DNA of 62,774 bases from Girardia tigrina (Eukaryota), in NCBI GenBank assembly GCA_001938485.1, contig MQRK01223291.1, positions 1 through 62,774 on the forward strand, written 5' to 3'. Numbering within the stretch: the stretch's first letter is position 1; the number at the start of each line of letters is the position of its first letter. The notes beneath the pieces were generated by a model. The model was not told the DNA's origin. It did no database searches and saw only the letters and a list, made by a program, of their open reading frames with translations. The position numbers were made by a program, and so were the translations under genes. This document shows positions 27,101 through 41,300 of this stretch, one piece after another.

Positions 27101-27563
27101 TGTTATTTGCTGATCTATAAGTTGAATTTATGTGCGGGCGAAAGCTATTTTAATTTTCAGTCTTATAGTGCGCTACTATCTTGAGTAATAATGATTTTAT
27201 AAGACTGTTGTGACGGTTCTGATTATTTAATTCCGATACTGATAATTGCGAGTCATTCATCATAGAGGTTAAGACATCAAATTATAGTTAGAAAAGAAAA
27301 ATCATCCCCGAGCGACACTCCGCTAGGTGGGGGGCCCATAGCCCATCCCATCTTTATCCGAACCCGCAGGCCCTTCAGACTCGGCACTGCCAGGCAGATG
27401 TCGAGCGAGAAGAGGCGTCCGACCCATGAATAAATCTAGTACTTAAATGAGTGTTAAAATAGTCTGTAAAATAGTACAAACTGAAACCGGGTTGTGACTG
27501 ACCCTTAATAGTCACTGGGGGCTCTGATCGTGCAAAATTGCTACGAACAAATGGGTCGTGACA
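24137..27563. mobile_element. 3.4-kb solo-LTR-like insertion
   Basis: Starts TGTTGCGGTC, ends GGTCGTGACA (imperfect inverted termini); 4-bp TSD CAAG at 24133-24136 and 27564-27567; removal rejoins the gag frame; no recognisable protein. Confidence 0.75.
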
Positions 27564-28450
27564 CAAGTATACAACAAAGACTAGGGAAACGATGATGCAC
27601 GATCACAAGGAGAGGTGATAAGTGTGCTTCACTAAAAAGTAAAAATGTTTGTGTATGTAATGGTATGCATGACTATATGCGTGATTATGTGTTGGAAGAT
27701 ACCCCTCTTGAAGTTTGTAAATTAGATTGTTCGAAAGAAGAATTTGAAACATACTGTTTTGATAAGGAGATAAAGACAAAATCGCAAAAGTTGAAACAAG
27801 AAGAAATGTTGAAAATATCAAAGCTCAATATTAGATATGACAAATTGAATGGAAGACCAAGCATTGAATTTAATACAAAGAATATGAATGTTGAATGTCT
27901 TTTGGATACCGGTGCCAAAGTAAATGTTGTAAAAGCAGATATACTTAAAAGTATGAAAGTTGTTCAGATAAAGAAAACGAGTAAACGTATTCATTGTGCA
28001 AATGATTCAGAACTTATAAATTGTGGAATTGTTAAATTAAACGTAATAATTGAAGGAGTACAAAAAATTATAGAATTTTATGTAGTCAAAAAAACTCAAC
28101 CCAGAAATGATATCAGGAGTTGACTTTTTAGACAAATTTGGAATACAACTAAAGAAGGAAACTATAGATTCCGGTGATATATGGATGATTAGAGATAGTC
28201 CAACAGATGATGACAGACTAAAGAGAATTAAAGAAATATATAACACCAAAGTTGACAACCAACTAATGAGACTATTAACAGAATATAAATCAATATTCAT
28301 GGCTGACAAGTGGGATGTTGGGAAAACTTCCTTAACGAAACACAAAATAGAAACTCGTGGAGAACCAGTCTTAGTGAAGCCTTATCGACTACCACAACAT
28401 TTTGAAGAGAAACTAGATGATGTCAATAGAAATTTTAAAGAAAACGGTAT

Positions 28451-28985
28451 TGTGAGAAGTGGTTGCAACCTCAATATCAGGATTCATTTTTTTAACACCA
28501 AAATTTATTTATATAACAATTCACATCTTCAAAACAAATTTTCCTGTTAATTTAATTATCTCGACCCAAATTAATCTATTAAATTCTTTTCGATTTAATT
28601 TTTAAAATCCTGAAAATTTATTTCGAAAATTTATTTCAAAAATTATTTANNNNNNNNNNNNNNNNNNNNNNNNNNNNNNNNNNNNNNNNNNNNNNNNNNN
28701 NNNNNNNNNNNNNNNNNNNNNNNATATTTTTTATTTTTAAATAGATATTTTATTTTTTATGATTTTCTTTTATTATATCATTTTTAATTTTTTTAAAATA
28801 TTTAAAAACACATTAAAAATATTTTATTTTTAAAAACGTTTTCTGATTTTTTAATAGTTGTTTTATTATATCATTTTTAATTTTAAAATATTGAATAAGC
28901 ATATTAACATAAAAATGTTTTACCCTTTAAATTAAAAAATAATAAATTATTCAGGCGAGATAATAATTTAAATTAACTCCTCATA
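28451..28985. mobile_element. AT-rich solo LTR inserted in Gypsy RT
   Basis: TGTGAG..CTCATA termini; 5-bp TSD GGTAT; removal restores ENGIIEKCSSPWN. Confidence 0.85.
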
Positions 28986-29790
28986 GGTATAATTGAAAAG
29001 TGTAGTTCTCCATGGAACTTTCCTCTGGTGTGTGTATGGTAAAAAGAGAAACAATACATCCGAGTATGTGTCGATTTTCGACAGCTGAATAAAGTTATGG
29101 TAAGACCGGCATTTCCCATGCCAAATGTGGATTACATGTTAAACACGTTGAATGGAGCAAAATATTTTAGTACAATCGATCTGGGAAATGCATATTATCA
29201 GGTTGAATTAGAAGAAGAATCAAAGATTAAAACAGCGTTTTCAACAAAGAATGGTTAATATTGTTTTAAAAGAATGCCTTTTGGAATTGCAGTGGCTCCA
29301 GCTACCTTTCAAGAATTAATGGTGAAAGTTCTAGGAGATTTGAATAGGAAAGAATCAGTCGTATATTTGGATGATATTTTGATTTTTGCAAAAGATAGAG
29401 AAAGATAGAGAAGAACATCTTCAAAGAATACATAACGTATTTGAGAAAATTAAAGAATCCAGCTTGGGAATAAATCCAAAGAAATGTCAATTCCTAGTAG
29501 AAAAAAACGAAATTTTTAGGATGTCATAAGTAAAGAAGGTATTGAGACAGATAAAACAAAGAAAATTTCAAAACACATCATGTATCAAACATTTTAGAAG
29601 CTTTTTGGGTTTGACGAATTAATACAGGAAATTCATAAAGGATTACGCTAGATATGCAAAGGTCTTAGAAGGCCTATGTGGTAAGAGCAAGAATAAAAAA
29701 CTGACTTGAACTGAAGAATGTGATGAAGCTTTTCAAAAACTAAAAGAAAGAATGATTAAGACACCAATTTTGGCATTCCCTGAATTTTAG

Positions 29791-30370
29791 CTTAAACTAC
29801 ATTTAACGCAAAGAATTTAGTTGAGCTGGTAGTTTAGTGAAAAGTAAACTTGATATATCTTGCAAGCATCCTACTAAGTGGTAGCGATATTGTAGAAAGA
29901 AACCACCAAACCATTAAAAGGATATCTACGCGTTAAAAAATAACTATAGATGGGGACCTATGGTGGTACAATATTACTTCTACATCGAATAGAGAACCCT
30001 GAGTTCGATGATAAACCATTATACGTGTAACAAATGTAAAGAGATTGTATTGAGAAAAGATTCTTATTCTAAAGCTAAAGTATTAAATTATAGGGAATAT
30101 CGACCGAACCCTATGATGGTTGAAAGTCACAGTTATGAAGAAAGTTTTACATTCTAAATATTTTTTAAGTTTCGCAGCTCATGAAACTATAGACATTTCA
30201 GTAATTTACGATTAAGACGAGTCCATCCAGAGCAGTAGACGATTACAACAAATCTTACCGATGTATCTTGATAAACCGACGATCCAAAAAATCATACAGA
30301 GACACATTAGGAGGAAACTTAGTTATTTAGAAGACTACGACATGGATGAAGATTCGATTGCAAAAGAATC
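29791..30370 (+). pseudogene. Degenerate integrase fragment of a different LTR family
   Basis: IVERNHQTIKRI..LWWYN; C-terminal YLEDY before a purine-rich tract. Confidence 0.55.
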
Positions 30371-31510
30371 TAATGAGGATATTTAAATATAATAATATTT
30401 TTTTATTGAGTTGTTGTTGTGTTTTATGAAAAATTAATAAGAACGCGATGATTTTATAAAAATGTATTTTATGTATTTACAATTTACTAGCAATAATATT
30501 TTATAAGAGAAGAATTAAGTTTACTGGCCCCTGACCGATTTTATACTTAAGAACCGAGAGCCTTTACCGACAACTCGGGATACCTTCTATTTTATGAGGT
30601 AGGGGTTGTACTTTACAGCACAAAGAGTAAAGAATATATTTATTATAAATATTGTATATCATGGTAACTCAATTTTATTTAACACTTATAAATCTCTTTT
30701 TAATCACTTGTTTGGTCCAACAAATTTATTTGACTGTTTAAATAGCCTTTCGAATTTATTCACCTTCTGAATTATTTCAACTCAGTTAAACTTTTATTTT
30801 TTATTTATTGCGCCATATATTTTCAATATAGCAATTTTATTTTTATGATTATATATAATTTTTTTCGTCTTTTTATAATATTTCTCTTCATTGATTTTCA
30901 CCGATTAAAGATCAGTGCATTTCGATGCAAATGCAAAATTACGTTGCTTTACTTCTGACCATCGTCCTTCATGAGGCTGGCATTTAACATAACCTGCAAA
31001 TGCCAAACTGCCTCGATCAGATTAAAAGAACTGCAGTGATCCGATCAGTTAAAATAATCATTCTGATCAGGTCAAAAAATAATCAATAAATTCGTTTTTA
31101 AGGACAAAATTTTTTTGTACTTTTTAATTAATTTTTTAAATAATAAATAATAATTAACTTTTTAATTATTTAAATTATTTTAATATTTTTATTTATCATT
31201 TCTGGACTTTTATCTTTCTTCTGATATCTTGGTTTTATTTTTTACTCTTTAGCTGTTTATATAAAAATATGATTTTAATTTTATTAAACATAAGTATTCC
31301 ACCTATGAAACATAAATATTTTTTATTAACAAAATACACTAAACTATAGATTTTACAATATAACCTCAACATTTTTATTAACGAATATTTGTTTGAAAAA
31401 TATTTGTATTTGAAATTAAACTTACCAAAAAGATAAAAGTAATATAATATATACTATTCGTCTAACAAGGACACATTAGACAACCACATAAAAATATATT
31501 ACAAAAGACA

Positions 31511-31867
31511 ACTATAAGCCTCGCCTGACTGAATGGATAATTGAGTATCGTAGAGACCACAATACAAGCATTGGCGTACAGGGTAGTGAGCCATAGGCTC
31601 TATTTCGGGTAGAAACTATAAATAAACAATACAAAGCCTATTGACTTTCTCGCACTGCTTTAGATACAAGAATGCAAGCTTTCAGTTCATGGGTTCGATT
31701 AAGTTTCCCAGTCATGATCCCTCGTACCGTGATTCTGTAGAGCTTTGGCTGCGTAAACATATTTCGTACAATGAGTAGAGACAATGAAATATCCCCACAT
31801 CAGTTGTTTTACTTAACCGAAAGTCGAGAACGACCATTGGAATCACTTCTAAGTCCGTATCCAATTA
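31511..31867 (-). mobile_element. 5'-truncated non-LTR retrotransposon 3' fragment
   Basis: TSD AAAAGACA (31503-31510, 31868-31875); shares its left end and sequence with 47694-48284. Confidence 0.7.
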
Positions 31868-32222
31868 AAAAGACATTTAAAAAATTCAAAACCAAAAGAT
31901 TCCGATTATTTTATTTTTTTTAATTTGATAGATTTTTTAAATGCAATAAAAAGTTGTTGAACTTGAAATTAAAAACACAACAAAATTATGATATTTCATA
32001 AAATTAGTACATTTCTTGGGAATAGATATTTAAAATTTATTTATCATTTACTTAACTTACTCAAATTATTTCGAAAATCATTTTAGAAATGTTTCTTATT
32101 TTTTTCGGAAAATCATAATTAATTTTTCCATTTGTTTTATCATTATCATTAAATTATATAAGTGATAAAATTTTTAAATTTGAAAATTTGAAATAATCTA
32201 TTTTTATTTTACATTTATTACT

Positions 32223-32342
32223 ATGTCCAAGAAAATATCATTTTCGAAAATTTACAATACTTTAACGAGTAATGCGAATTACTCGGGTGTCGATATTCCT
32301 TCTGATTTTACTTTAAGACCGATAAGGAATTCGAGTAAAGAT
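32223..32342 (+). CDS. DPP9: DPP8/9-like exon 1
   Basis: MSKKISFSKIY..PSDF..SSKD then GTAATT donor. Confidence 0.7.
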
Positions 32343-35300
32343 GTAATTCACGTTTTCGATTTTGTACTTTCAAACGAATTCCGTCGTAGATTATCAATTT
32401 TCAAATCATATTCAACAATTTGGAGGAAGGAAAATTACATTTAAAATCGTGTTTGATTTCTGTGAATGAAAATAAAGAAGATAAATCAAATTTTTCTAGT
32501 CGATGGAAATCATTAATTAATGATAAAGATTTAAAATCGGCACCGTGAGTTTTTTGAATTTAGATAACGACTGGTTTTGGCTTTTTTCGGTATCATTCTC
32601 ATCTTAAAAGCATTTTTTCATAAATATTTATTGATTTTTAACATCAAAAAATCATTTAAAAACTTATTAAAAATTACAAAAAAAATTTTTTATGCAATAA
32701 AAACGTTTTTAAATTTTTTGGACACTTTTCCGTTCGACTGGACTTGTCTGTTTCCCCGTAAATATTTTTATTATATTTATGAAATTTTCTAATTTAATTT
32801 CACTTATTTTTATTATTATAACACTTGATTCTACTTTTAAACGTATTAGAAGTTAGTTAAAAGTTTTAATTCGCCAAATAATTTTTTAAAAATTTTAATA
32901 AAAATTAGAAAAATTACGTAAAACATCAAAAAATACTTAAAGTTTATAGAGGTAAAAACGTAAAAAAACATGATTTTTTTAATACAGTGCGTTCAAAAAG
33001 TAACTGTGCACCTGCAATTTCAAAACAAGAACGATATCCTGTGTTCTAAAAATCAATAACAAAATATTTTGAATAGTCAATTTTATATGAAGAACAATGA
33101 CCGTCTCTTAATTTATTAAAAATAACAAGAAAAGAGTCACAACAACTGCTGGAAATTCCCACCAAGTTCGTGAATACAAACGTTAATTCGACGTTTCAAG
33201 TTTTCGAACACTCGATGAATTTCCTCTTGGGCTTCAATTTGGTGTAGGATGTTATCACGTAGGTCTTGCAAAGTTTGTGGTTTGTTTCGGTAAACCTTTT
33301 GATTTATAGCTCCCCACAGGTAAAAGTCCAAAACACTTAGATCTGGGGATCTTGGCGGCCAAATTCCTTTGGAAATGATTCTCTTCGGGAAGATCTCATT
33401 CAAAAAACGAAGCGAAATGTTNNNNNNNNNNNNNNNNNNNNNNNNNNNNNNNNNNNNNNNNNNNNNNNNNNNNNNNNNNNNNNNNNNNNNNNNNNNNNNN
33501 NNNNNNNNNNNNNNNNNNNNNNNNNNNNNNNNNNNNNNNNNNNNNNNNNNNNNNNNNNNNNNNNNNNNNNNNNNNNNNNNNNNNNNNNNNNNNNNNNNNN
33601 NNNNNNNNNNNNNNNNNNNNNNNNNNNNNNNNNNNNNNNNNNNNNNNNNNNNNNNNNNNNNNNNNNNNNNNNNNNNNNNNNNNNNNNNNNNNNNNNNNNN
33701 NNNNNNNNNNNNNNNNNNNNNNNNNNNNNNNNNNNNNNNNNNNNNNNNNNNNNNNNNNNNNNNNNNNNNNNNNNNNNNNNNNNNNNNNNNNNNNNNNNNN
33801 NNNNNNNNNNNNNNNNNNNNNNNNNNNNNNNNNNNNNNNNNNNNNNNNNNNNNNNNNNNNNNNNNNNNNNNNNNNNNNNNNNNNNNNNNNNNNNNNNNNN
33901 NNNNNNNNNNNNNNNNNNNNNNNNNNNNNNNNNNNNNNNNNNNNNNNNNNNNNNNNNNNNNNNNNNNNNNNNNNNNNNNNNNNNNNNNNNNNNNNNNNNN
34001 NNNNNNNNNNNNNNNNNNNNNNNNNNNNNNNNNNNNNNNNNNNNNNNNNNNNNNNNNNNNNNNNNNNNNNNNNNNNNNNNNNNNNNNNNNNNNNNNNNNN
34101 NNNNNNNNNNNNNNNNNNNNNNNNNNNNNNNNNNNNNNNNNNNNNNNNNNNNNNNNNNNNNNNNNNNNNNNNNNNNNNNNNNNNNNNNNNNNNNNNNNNN
34201 NNNNNNNNNNNNNNNNNNNNNNNAATCTATTTCATAGTTCGATTTCATAGAAATTTGCATTTAAAAAGTCTGCTACAACGCTGATTATCTAAAAATAAAC
34301 CAGACAATGAAAGGTGCACTGTGACTTTCTGAACGCACTGTATAAGGAAGTTAATTTGATTTTTATTAAAACAATAAATAGTATAAAATTTATAATTTAG
34401 AACGAAATTGTTTTGAAAGAAATTAAAATTTTTACTTAAATTAGCAAGTACGTCGATTACAACTGATAGTGATTGTAAAAAATATAACGAATTCGAATAA
34501 CGAATCTTCAAAGAAGTGAATCTGTTATTTTTTTACTATTGTCCAAGATGGGACTATCCAGGTTAGCCAAACTAAGTATTGTTTGACGAACCTATTTAGA
34601 ATGATTTAAAAAAATAAACCAATAAATAAATAAAAATAAGAATCTTGATTTTAACAATTAACGCTTTAATTGCCACAACAGTTAATCACAGAATCGAATT
34701 GATATATTCAGAACTGATACTGTTACTTCGATGGTTAGTCAAATAGTAGATTCTCAATAGAGTTGAATTGATATATACAAAACAGATACAGATACTTCAA
34801 TGGTTAATCAAAAGTCTATTCAAACGTTAGCAAAGAGTCGATGATTGTCACAAAAACAAAACTGGGAAGTTACTTCGTCTAATAATCTGCCAAAACCGTG
34901 AAATGGTCAGTTTGGCTTATTGTAGTCTAGTAATTCTGATCATAATTATTATTTATGAATTGATTTCAATTTGAATTTAAAAATTGAAATTGAAATCATA
35001 TAATCATAAAGTAATAATTTTATGATGATTTATTTATATGAAGATTTAATGATATGATGATTTAAACTTCTTTCTTTCTTTCTTGACCTTCCTTAATTAA
35101 ATTATCATAATCATCTTCTTCTTTTCTTTATCTTTTCTTTTTCTTCTTCCACCAGAATCGGAAATAAAATAATAAAAATAAAAAAAATAAAATAAAATAA
35201 TCTACAACGATCACTGCCCACAAGTTCAGAGACATACAGAAATTTGTCACGTAATAAAAATGAATAAATATTCTTTTTAAATGACTTTGAAAGTTTTTCC

Positions 35301-38300
35301 GTTATCTGTAGCCTTCATCAATTTCAGAATAGATTTTTGAGGTACAAGTTGAATTACAAATTTCATCAGTAAATAATCGAACACTATTATACAACAAAGA
35401 TACACTTAAAATTCGGAAATATCGCATTAGATTAAACTGAATGTTTCTTTTTACCGCAGCAAAAATATGAATTACACAAGAACAAAAGTTGTCAGTAGAA
35501 TATTACAGTGATCAATAATGAACGAGACTCTGGCCTACTAAATAGTGTGATTGTGTTAAATCGCAATTACATAAATTCTTAGAGGAATTAATAGCGTTTA
35601 GCTAAATGAAATGGAGCAATAACAAGTCTGTGATGCCCTTAGATGTCCAGGGCCGCACGCGCGCTACAATGGCAGTAACAGTGAGTTTTATTCCTAGTTA
35701 GAAATGGCCGGGTAACCTGCTGAAACACTATCGTGTCAGGAATAGTGGATTGAAATTATCCCACTTGAACGAGGAATTCCTAGTAAGTACAAGTCATTAA
35801 CTTGCGCTGATTACGTCTCTGTCCTTTTGTACACACCGCCCGTTGCTACTATCGATTGAGTTAAATTAAATATTTTTTAACACAATTATTTTGTAAATAA
35901 AATGTTTATGATCTTATGAAATTTAAAATAAGTTATCGTAATTTTCTGTATTTAAGACCCCCCTTTTGTCAAAATTTAATGAACATTTAACGTGAATTTT
36001 CAAAAATTAGTAAATATTTAAAATATTTTTCCAACACAAAAGATTTCAATTTATTTTCTGGAATGAATTAATGTACTTTTTATAACTTTTTTGAACTTTT
36101 TTTCCAAAAATAAGAGAGATCTTATACACGGAAAAAATGCGGTATATATTTTTTAACGAACGAAGTGAAATTTCAGAGATAAATTTTAATAGTGAAAGTT
36201 TAATACATTTATAGTAAAATAGAAATTTTATTTTAAAGAAAATTTAATAAATTGATTTTGGTGAAATAAGTAAATTGGATTAACAAGAAGAATATGTTTT
36301 AAATTTAAGAAAATTATTTAAAAATTAAAGAAAATTAACATAAACAAAACAATATTTAATTGAAAACATAAATAAAATAAGTAAAAGTTCATTTGAAATT
36401 ATATTAAATTTTTAAAATCATTTTTCGTTGCCTGATAATGTACATATTCATTTGTGGATTGGTGTAAAACCATTTTCATCACCCGTTTCTGATTAGAAAT
36501 GCTATGGCATCATCCATTTTATTTAACTATTTTCATGTGATTTTGTATTTTATCGCTTGTCAATGTAAGCTTTTTATGTTAATTAATTTATAACTACTTT
36601 TTATTAATTTAAGATTATTTATTAATTAATTTATGAATAACAAAACTAATCCATTAAAAAAATATATTTATTGACAATTTATTTCGATGTGATGTTAATA
36701 TTGATAATTTCAAAATTCTGTGTAAGCATTTTGATATTTATTGAGTGTCGTGTGAAGTATTGTTAATTAGGTCACGTTGCTCTAAAATCAATGTTCAATC
36801 GACAGTCTCAATCAGCTTATTTAGAATTTTTGATTAGCATGATTTCATGCCATCGATTGCATAATCATCATTTTTGTATTTATATACAAGTAAATTAATC
36901 ATTAATCAGTGACCTGAAGATGACGGTTGATCTATCGGAATATATTGTCAATAAATATATATTTTTTTAATGGATTAGTTTTGTAATTCATAGAAAATTA
37001 TCATCCGGATTTCAATTTATGAATATTTATTAATTAATTTGTGAATATTATTAATTATTTATTAATTATTTGTTAATTAATTTATGATTATTTTGAAATT
37101 ATTTATAAATTTTTAACTATTATTTTTTTCGGTATTTTGTTTTAGTTCCACATTAGCCGAGATTTTATTGGCTGAAAGAATGAGAATGTTAAAGCAAGGT
37201 GTTACATTTTATGATTTACATCCTGAAAGTAATAATCTGTTATTTATCAATGATGGATTGATGTACACTTGTTATTTGGAAGAAAATGATGAAGTAAATG
37301 ATGAAGTAAAAAGTTTGTATAGAATATTTGATGTCGTTTCCTAGATTAAATCTATTCACATGCTAGACATTAGTAATGCAACGAATATTAAAAGGAATCC
37401 AGTCAATTGGAAATTAGTTTCCTATATTAAAGATAAAAATGTGTTTATAATTGACATTTTAAATAATGAACCCAAACAATTAACATTCAGCGGTATTTAT
37501 TTATTTATTTAAAATTTTTGTTTAAAATAAATTCTGAAAGTCAAAAGTAGAGAATTGCATTATTTTTGGTTAAAATCTTTGGTTTTTGAAACAATGAAAA
37601 ATAGTATCGATTTATATATTTATTTAACAATTTTTTCATCAGTTTTGGGTTAATTTTTAAGTTGAAAAACTAAATTATTGAATACCATCGTCACCTACAA
37701 TTGATATTGGTCTTCCACTAGTAGCTAGTAAAAGTTAGCAAGTGAAAGTTGAATTTCATATTGAATCAGAACATTAATCGGACGATCTAACTGCCGACGA
37801 AAATGACTCAAATTAGTCTGCTTAGAAGTAGATGATGATGCTGCAGTAGAATTACCGACCTGAACTTATTGATACAGTAACAGATATTTGTTTTTGAGGC
37901 ATCTCTTATTAAGAACCATGGTATTCAAATAATGTATCACAATGAAGGCAGTAAATGTTATGTGTTTCGAGTTTTCAGTCAGCTAATAATTTAAATCTAA
38001 AATATTCGTGTATTCTACTTGAAATATTTAATAACTCGACTACTTCCTTCCGTAATATTACAAGGTTTACGGTTTTTATATCTAGACTTCTGGTACATTT
38101 ATTAGTGATTGATGTAATAATGCGAACGATTATTAGTTTAAAATAGGGATTTACCGGTTTCCTTTTTTTGAAATCCGGCCGGTGCCGGAGCCGGAATCAG
38201 AATTTTTGTGAAATCCGGCCGGAGTTGGAGCCGGTACTGGATTTAACAAAAATTGAAAAAAAAGTTGAATGTTTAGATTAAACGATAATTAAATATTATA

Positions 38301-41300
38301 CGATACACGAAATATAATTATGATAAGAAATGTATTACATCTAAACCAATTGCTTGTAAGAGGTGGAACAAGGTAAACATGTGTCATAGATGCCATTGTA
38401 GCAAGTCTATATTTTTGTTTGATTGCCACAAGAGAAAAGGATCTTCAAAATCATCATCTTCACTGTCTCAAAAAAAATCAGGTAGTAAACGTTCTGTGAT
38501 ATATTTTCTCAATGGAATTTGATACCTGGGCACAAGTTCCACAAAACCAGTATTCTCCACAAGTTGAATGGGCCTCAAATCTATGGCAAGCATTCGATCA
38601 ATAGTCTTGTGGATGCCAACGCTGTGTATGGGCTAAATACTGTTACAGAGTTTGTTGAACGGTGGTATCTTTTTTGTCATTATTAGTAGTAGATGAATGT
38701 AAGTTTGTTTATTTGTTTATTTTCCTGAAGGGTAGCAAGCTCTTTTGAATGTCGAAAGTTAAGATGTGTTATCATTGAAGAGGTGCCAAATTTCTCTTCC
38801 CTGTATTATGATAGTCCACAAGCAATGTAGGCCTGACATACTTCACAGATTGTTAAATGTGTCTCGGTAAGATGGATATCAAGAAATTAAACACTGTATT
38901 TGTCTTTCTCTTTAGTGAATTCATAGTAATTATTGTATAACTGCATTTGTAAACGCATCATTTTTGAGATCTTATTTTAACATCACTTGCTTTTATAAAC
39001 GAATTACTTATGAGTTTCTAATTCTTGTAAACATTGATCAATAAACCGGTATCAAAACCGGCAGAATTTTGCAGGAGCCGAAGCCGGTACCGGAGTTGAA
39101 AAAAATGACCGGATAACCGGTTTTCCGGAGCCGGGGCCGAAAACCGGTACATCCCTAGTTTAAAAAAATACTTTTTAAGTTATTTTAACGATTAATCGAT
39201 TAACTAATCGTTAATTTCTGCAGCCATATTATATATACAAACAATGAATCATAAATTAAAAGTTTTGATGTCCCTTATTAAGATATACACATCTTGATAC
39301 TTTATCACTTTGGGAAGCCAATTTGGCATTGAGTTAGCTAAATTGATGAACCAATTGATAAGAAATTTTCTAAAGTGTTCTTAAAATGTTAACTTTTTAT
39401 AAGTTGAAATTTGAAAACTATAATTTCTTTAGCTCTCTTTTTAAAAAAAGAACCATAAGTTTTCAAGGATTTCAAAATTATGTCTGTGAGTCCCCAGAAT
39501 TAAGTTTTGTGAACGCTAATTTTATATTTTTCAAAAATAATTTAGTTAAAGTTTTCTTTACAATTGTCCTGAAAACCCACAATCTGGTACTCTCACCCAA
39601 CTAAGCAGAATCTAAAGAAGTTACCTGTGTTAGAAAAACACTGTTGTGTCAATCAGAATTAAATTTTTATGATTGTTTGAAAATCCGAATATGACCATGA
39701 CCCTGGGTAGTAAAACACCCTAAATAATTAATGAAGCTAGATGTTTCGTTGATTGAGAAAAAGTGGGGTTTTCATTAACAATTACCCAAAACCGCAGTCT
39801 TACACAAAGATACTTTAGCTTCGTCTATGAATAATACATTATTCCAAAAATCAACTGTTTTATCACTGTATTTCCTGGAAAATGCTAATCTTAATTTATG
39901 ATTTATCTTTGTTTGGAGGGGGTTCCATTTAGCAAATTTGGTTCGGAATATCCTTTTTTTGTTTATATTTAAAAACTGTTATTTAATTTACATTGATTTC
40001 CAACTCTTGCATTCATTCATTCATTTATACTAATTTGGCGCACCAGTTCATCCGTATCATTAGCTTCAAATGCTACATTCCTCCTACCCACAAAGCTAGC
40101 TTTCGACCGCTATTTCTTTTAATTTCAGTTTTTTTGACACTGCATAAATTATACTATTTAATATTCACTCCAATAGAAATTCCCAGAATTTCTTTGATTT
40201 CGATACGCGATGCACCCTCCATCTTCAATTTCCCAATGGCTTGCAAAATCATTCCCATTGTCGATGTATTGTTTATTATTATTCTTTGTTTTTAAATTTT
40301 AGATATAAACGTAAATTCAGATTTAAATGACATAAATTAGTACACGAAGTATAAGTATACAAGTTGTGTTTGGTAATCCAAGGGAAATATCCAAGAATAT
40401 GATACCATTGAAAGTTGATGTTCTTAGGGAATATCTTTTTATCAACATAATGACACCAATTAACTTCGCTTGATGTATCAATATTTGTGGCTGGTGAAGT
40501 GTAAGATATTTACAACTGAATTAGCATATCCGAAATTTATGTCAACAGTGTCGTAAAAGAAATTCAGCGATTTATTGAGCGAGGAAAACAGTTGAGAAAA
40601 TATCCAGTTTCCAAGTTTCAAACCTGTCAGTCGGTTGACGCTTTATGAACGATTTCTCAGGAAATCCCAGTAGTTCTCAATATAACTAAGATATTGGAAG
40701 ATAGCTTGCTGGAGGTCCGTCCAAGAACTAAAATCTCTTCTTCACGCAACCATTTTGAAACTAAAAAAAGACTTATGACAGAGCCTCATAATGCTGCTTG
40801 TGAGGTGAAAATTATCCTTTAAGTGACGTCTAATAGTACGAAGATTAGGCAAAGAAGCATCTGGAAAACATTGCTTATTATTTCAAACGTGTTATCCATT
40901 TTATAATGCCAAAGTAAATTTTAAAAAGTTCAAGTTTTAACAATACATCACTGAGTGATGTTCATTTACATTGAAATGTCTCTTCTTATATACAATTCCT
41001 TAAAAATAAAAAATCGTGCTCTTTATTTCAGGTGAAACTACACGTTTAACACCCATTTTAAAACTACTTTATTTAAATTTACAGCTATAAGAAGAGCTAA
41101 TCAAGTCAATTCAGATAATTTAAGCAAAGCAACGTTAAATAAAAATATTTTCAGCAAAATTAAACAAAAAATATTTATCTTTCATAAGTAACAAGCAATT
41201 TTTTCCAATTTTTAATTTTGATTTCCAAATTTTAACTAAGTCTGTCAGTGAATCTGTCTTCTAAATTAAGTTTTGTGAACGCAAATTTTATATTTTTAAA

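Larger units (their letters stand above)
23660..29790 (+). mobile_element. Degenerate Gypsy internal region (gag knuckle, protease, RT), doubly interrupted
   Basis: CWACHKEGHIRRNCPNIKC at ~23830; LLDTGA in ORF 27665-28123; SPWN, DFRQLN, IDLGNAYYQV, MPFG, YLDD at 28990-29400; same family as the 15287-21231 element. Confidence 0.9.

Noticed and set aside
33369-34260. Long ORFs (293 and 286 aa) and similar X-rich ORFs at 4485-4764, 23232-23446 and 62040-62351
   Set aside because: Open only because they cross N gaps.
35513-35859. Functional rRNA gene
   Set aside because: Only ~350 bp, mutated at conserved sites, no ITS/5.8S downstream.
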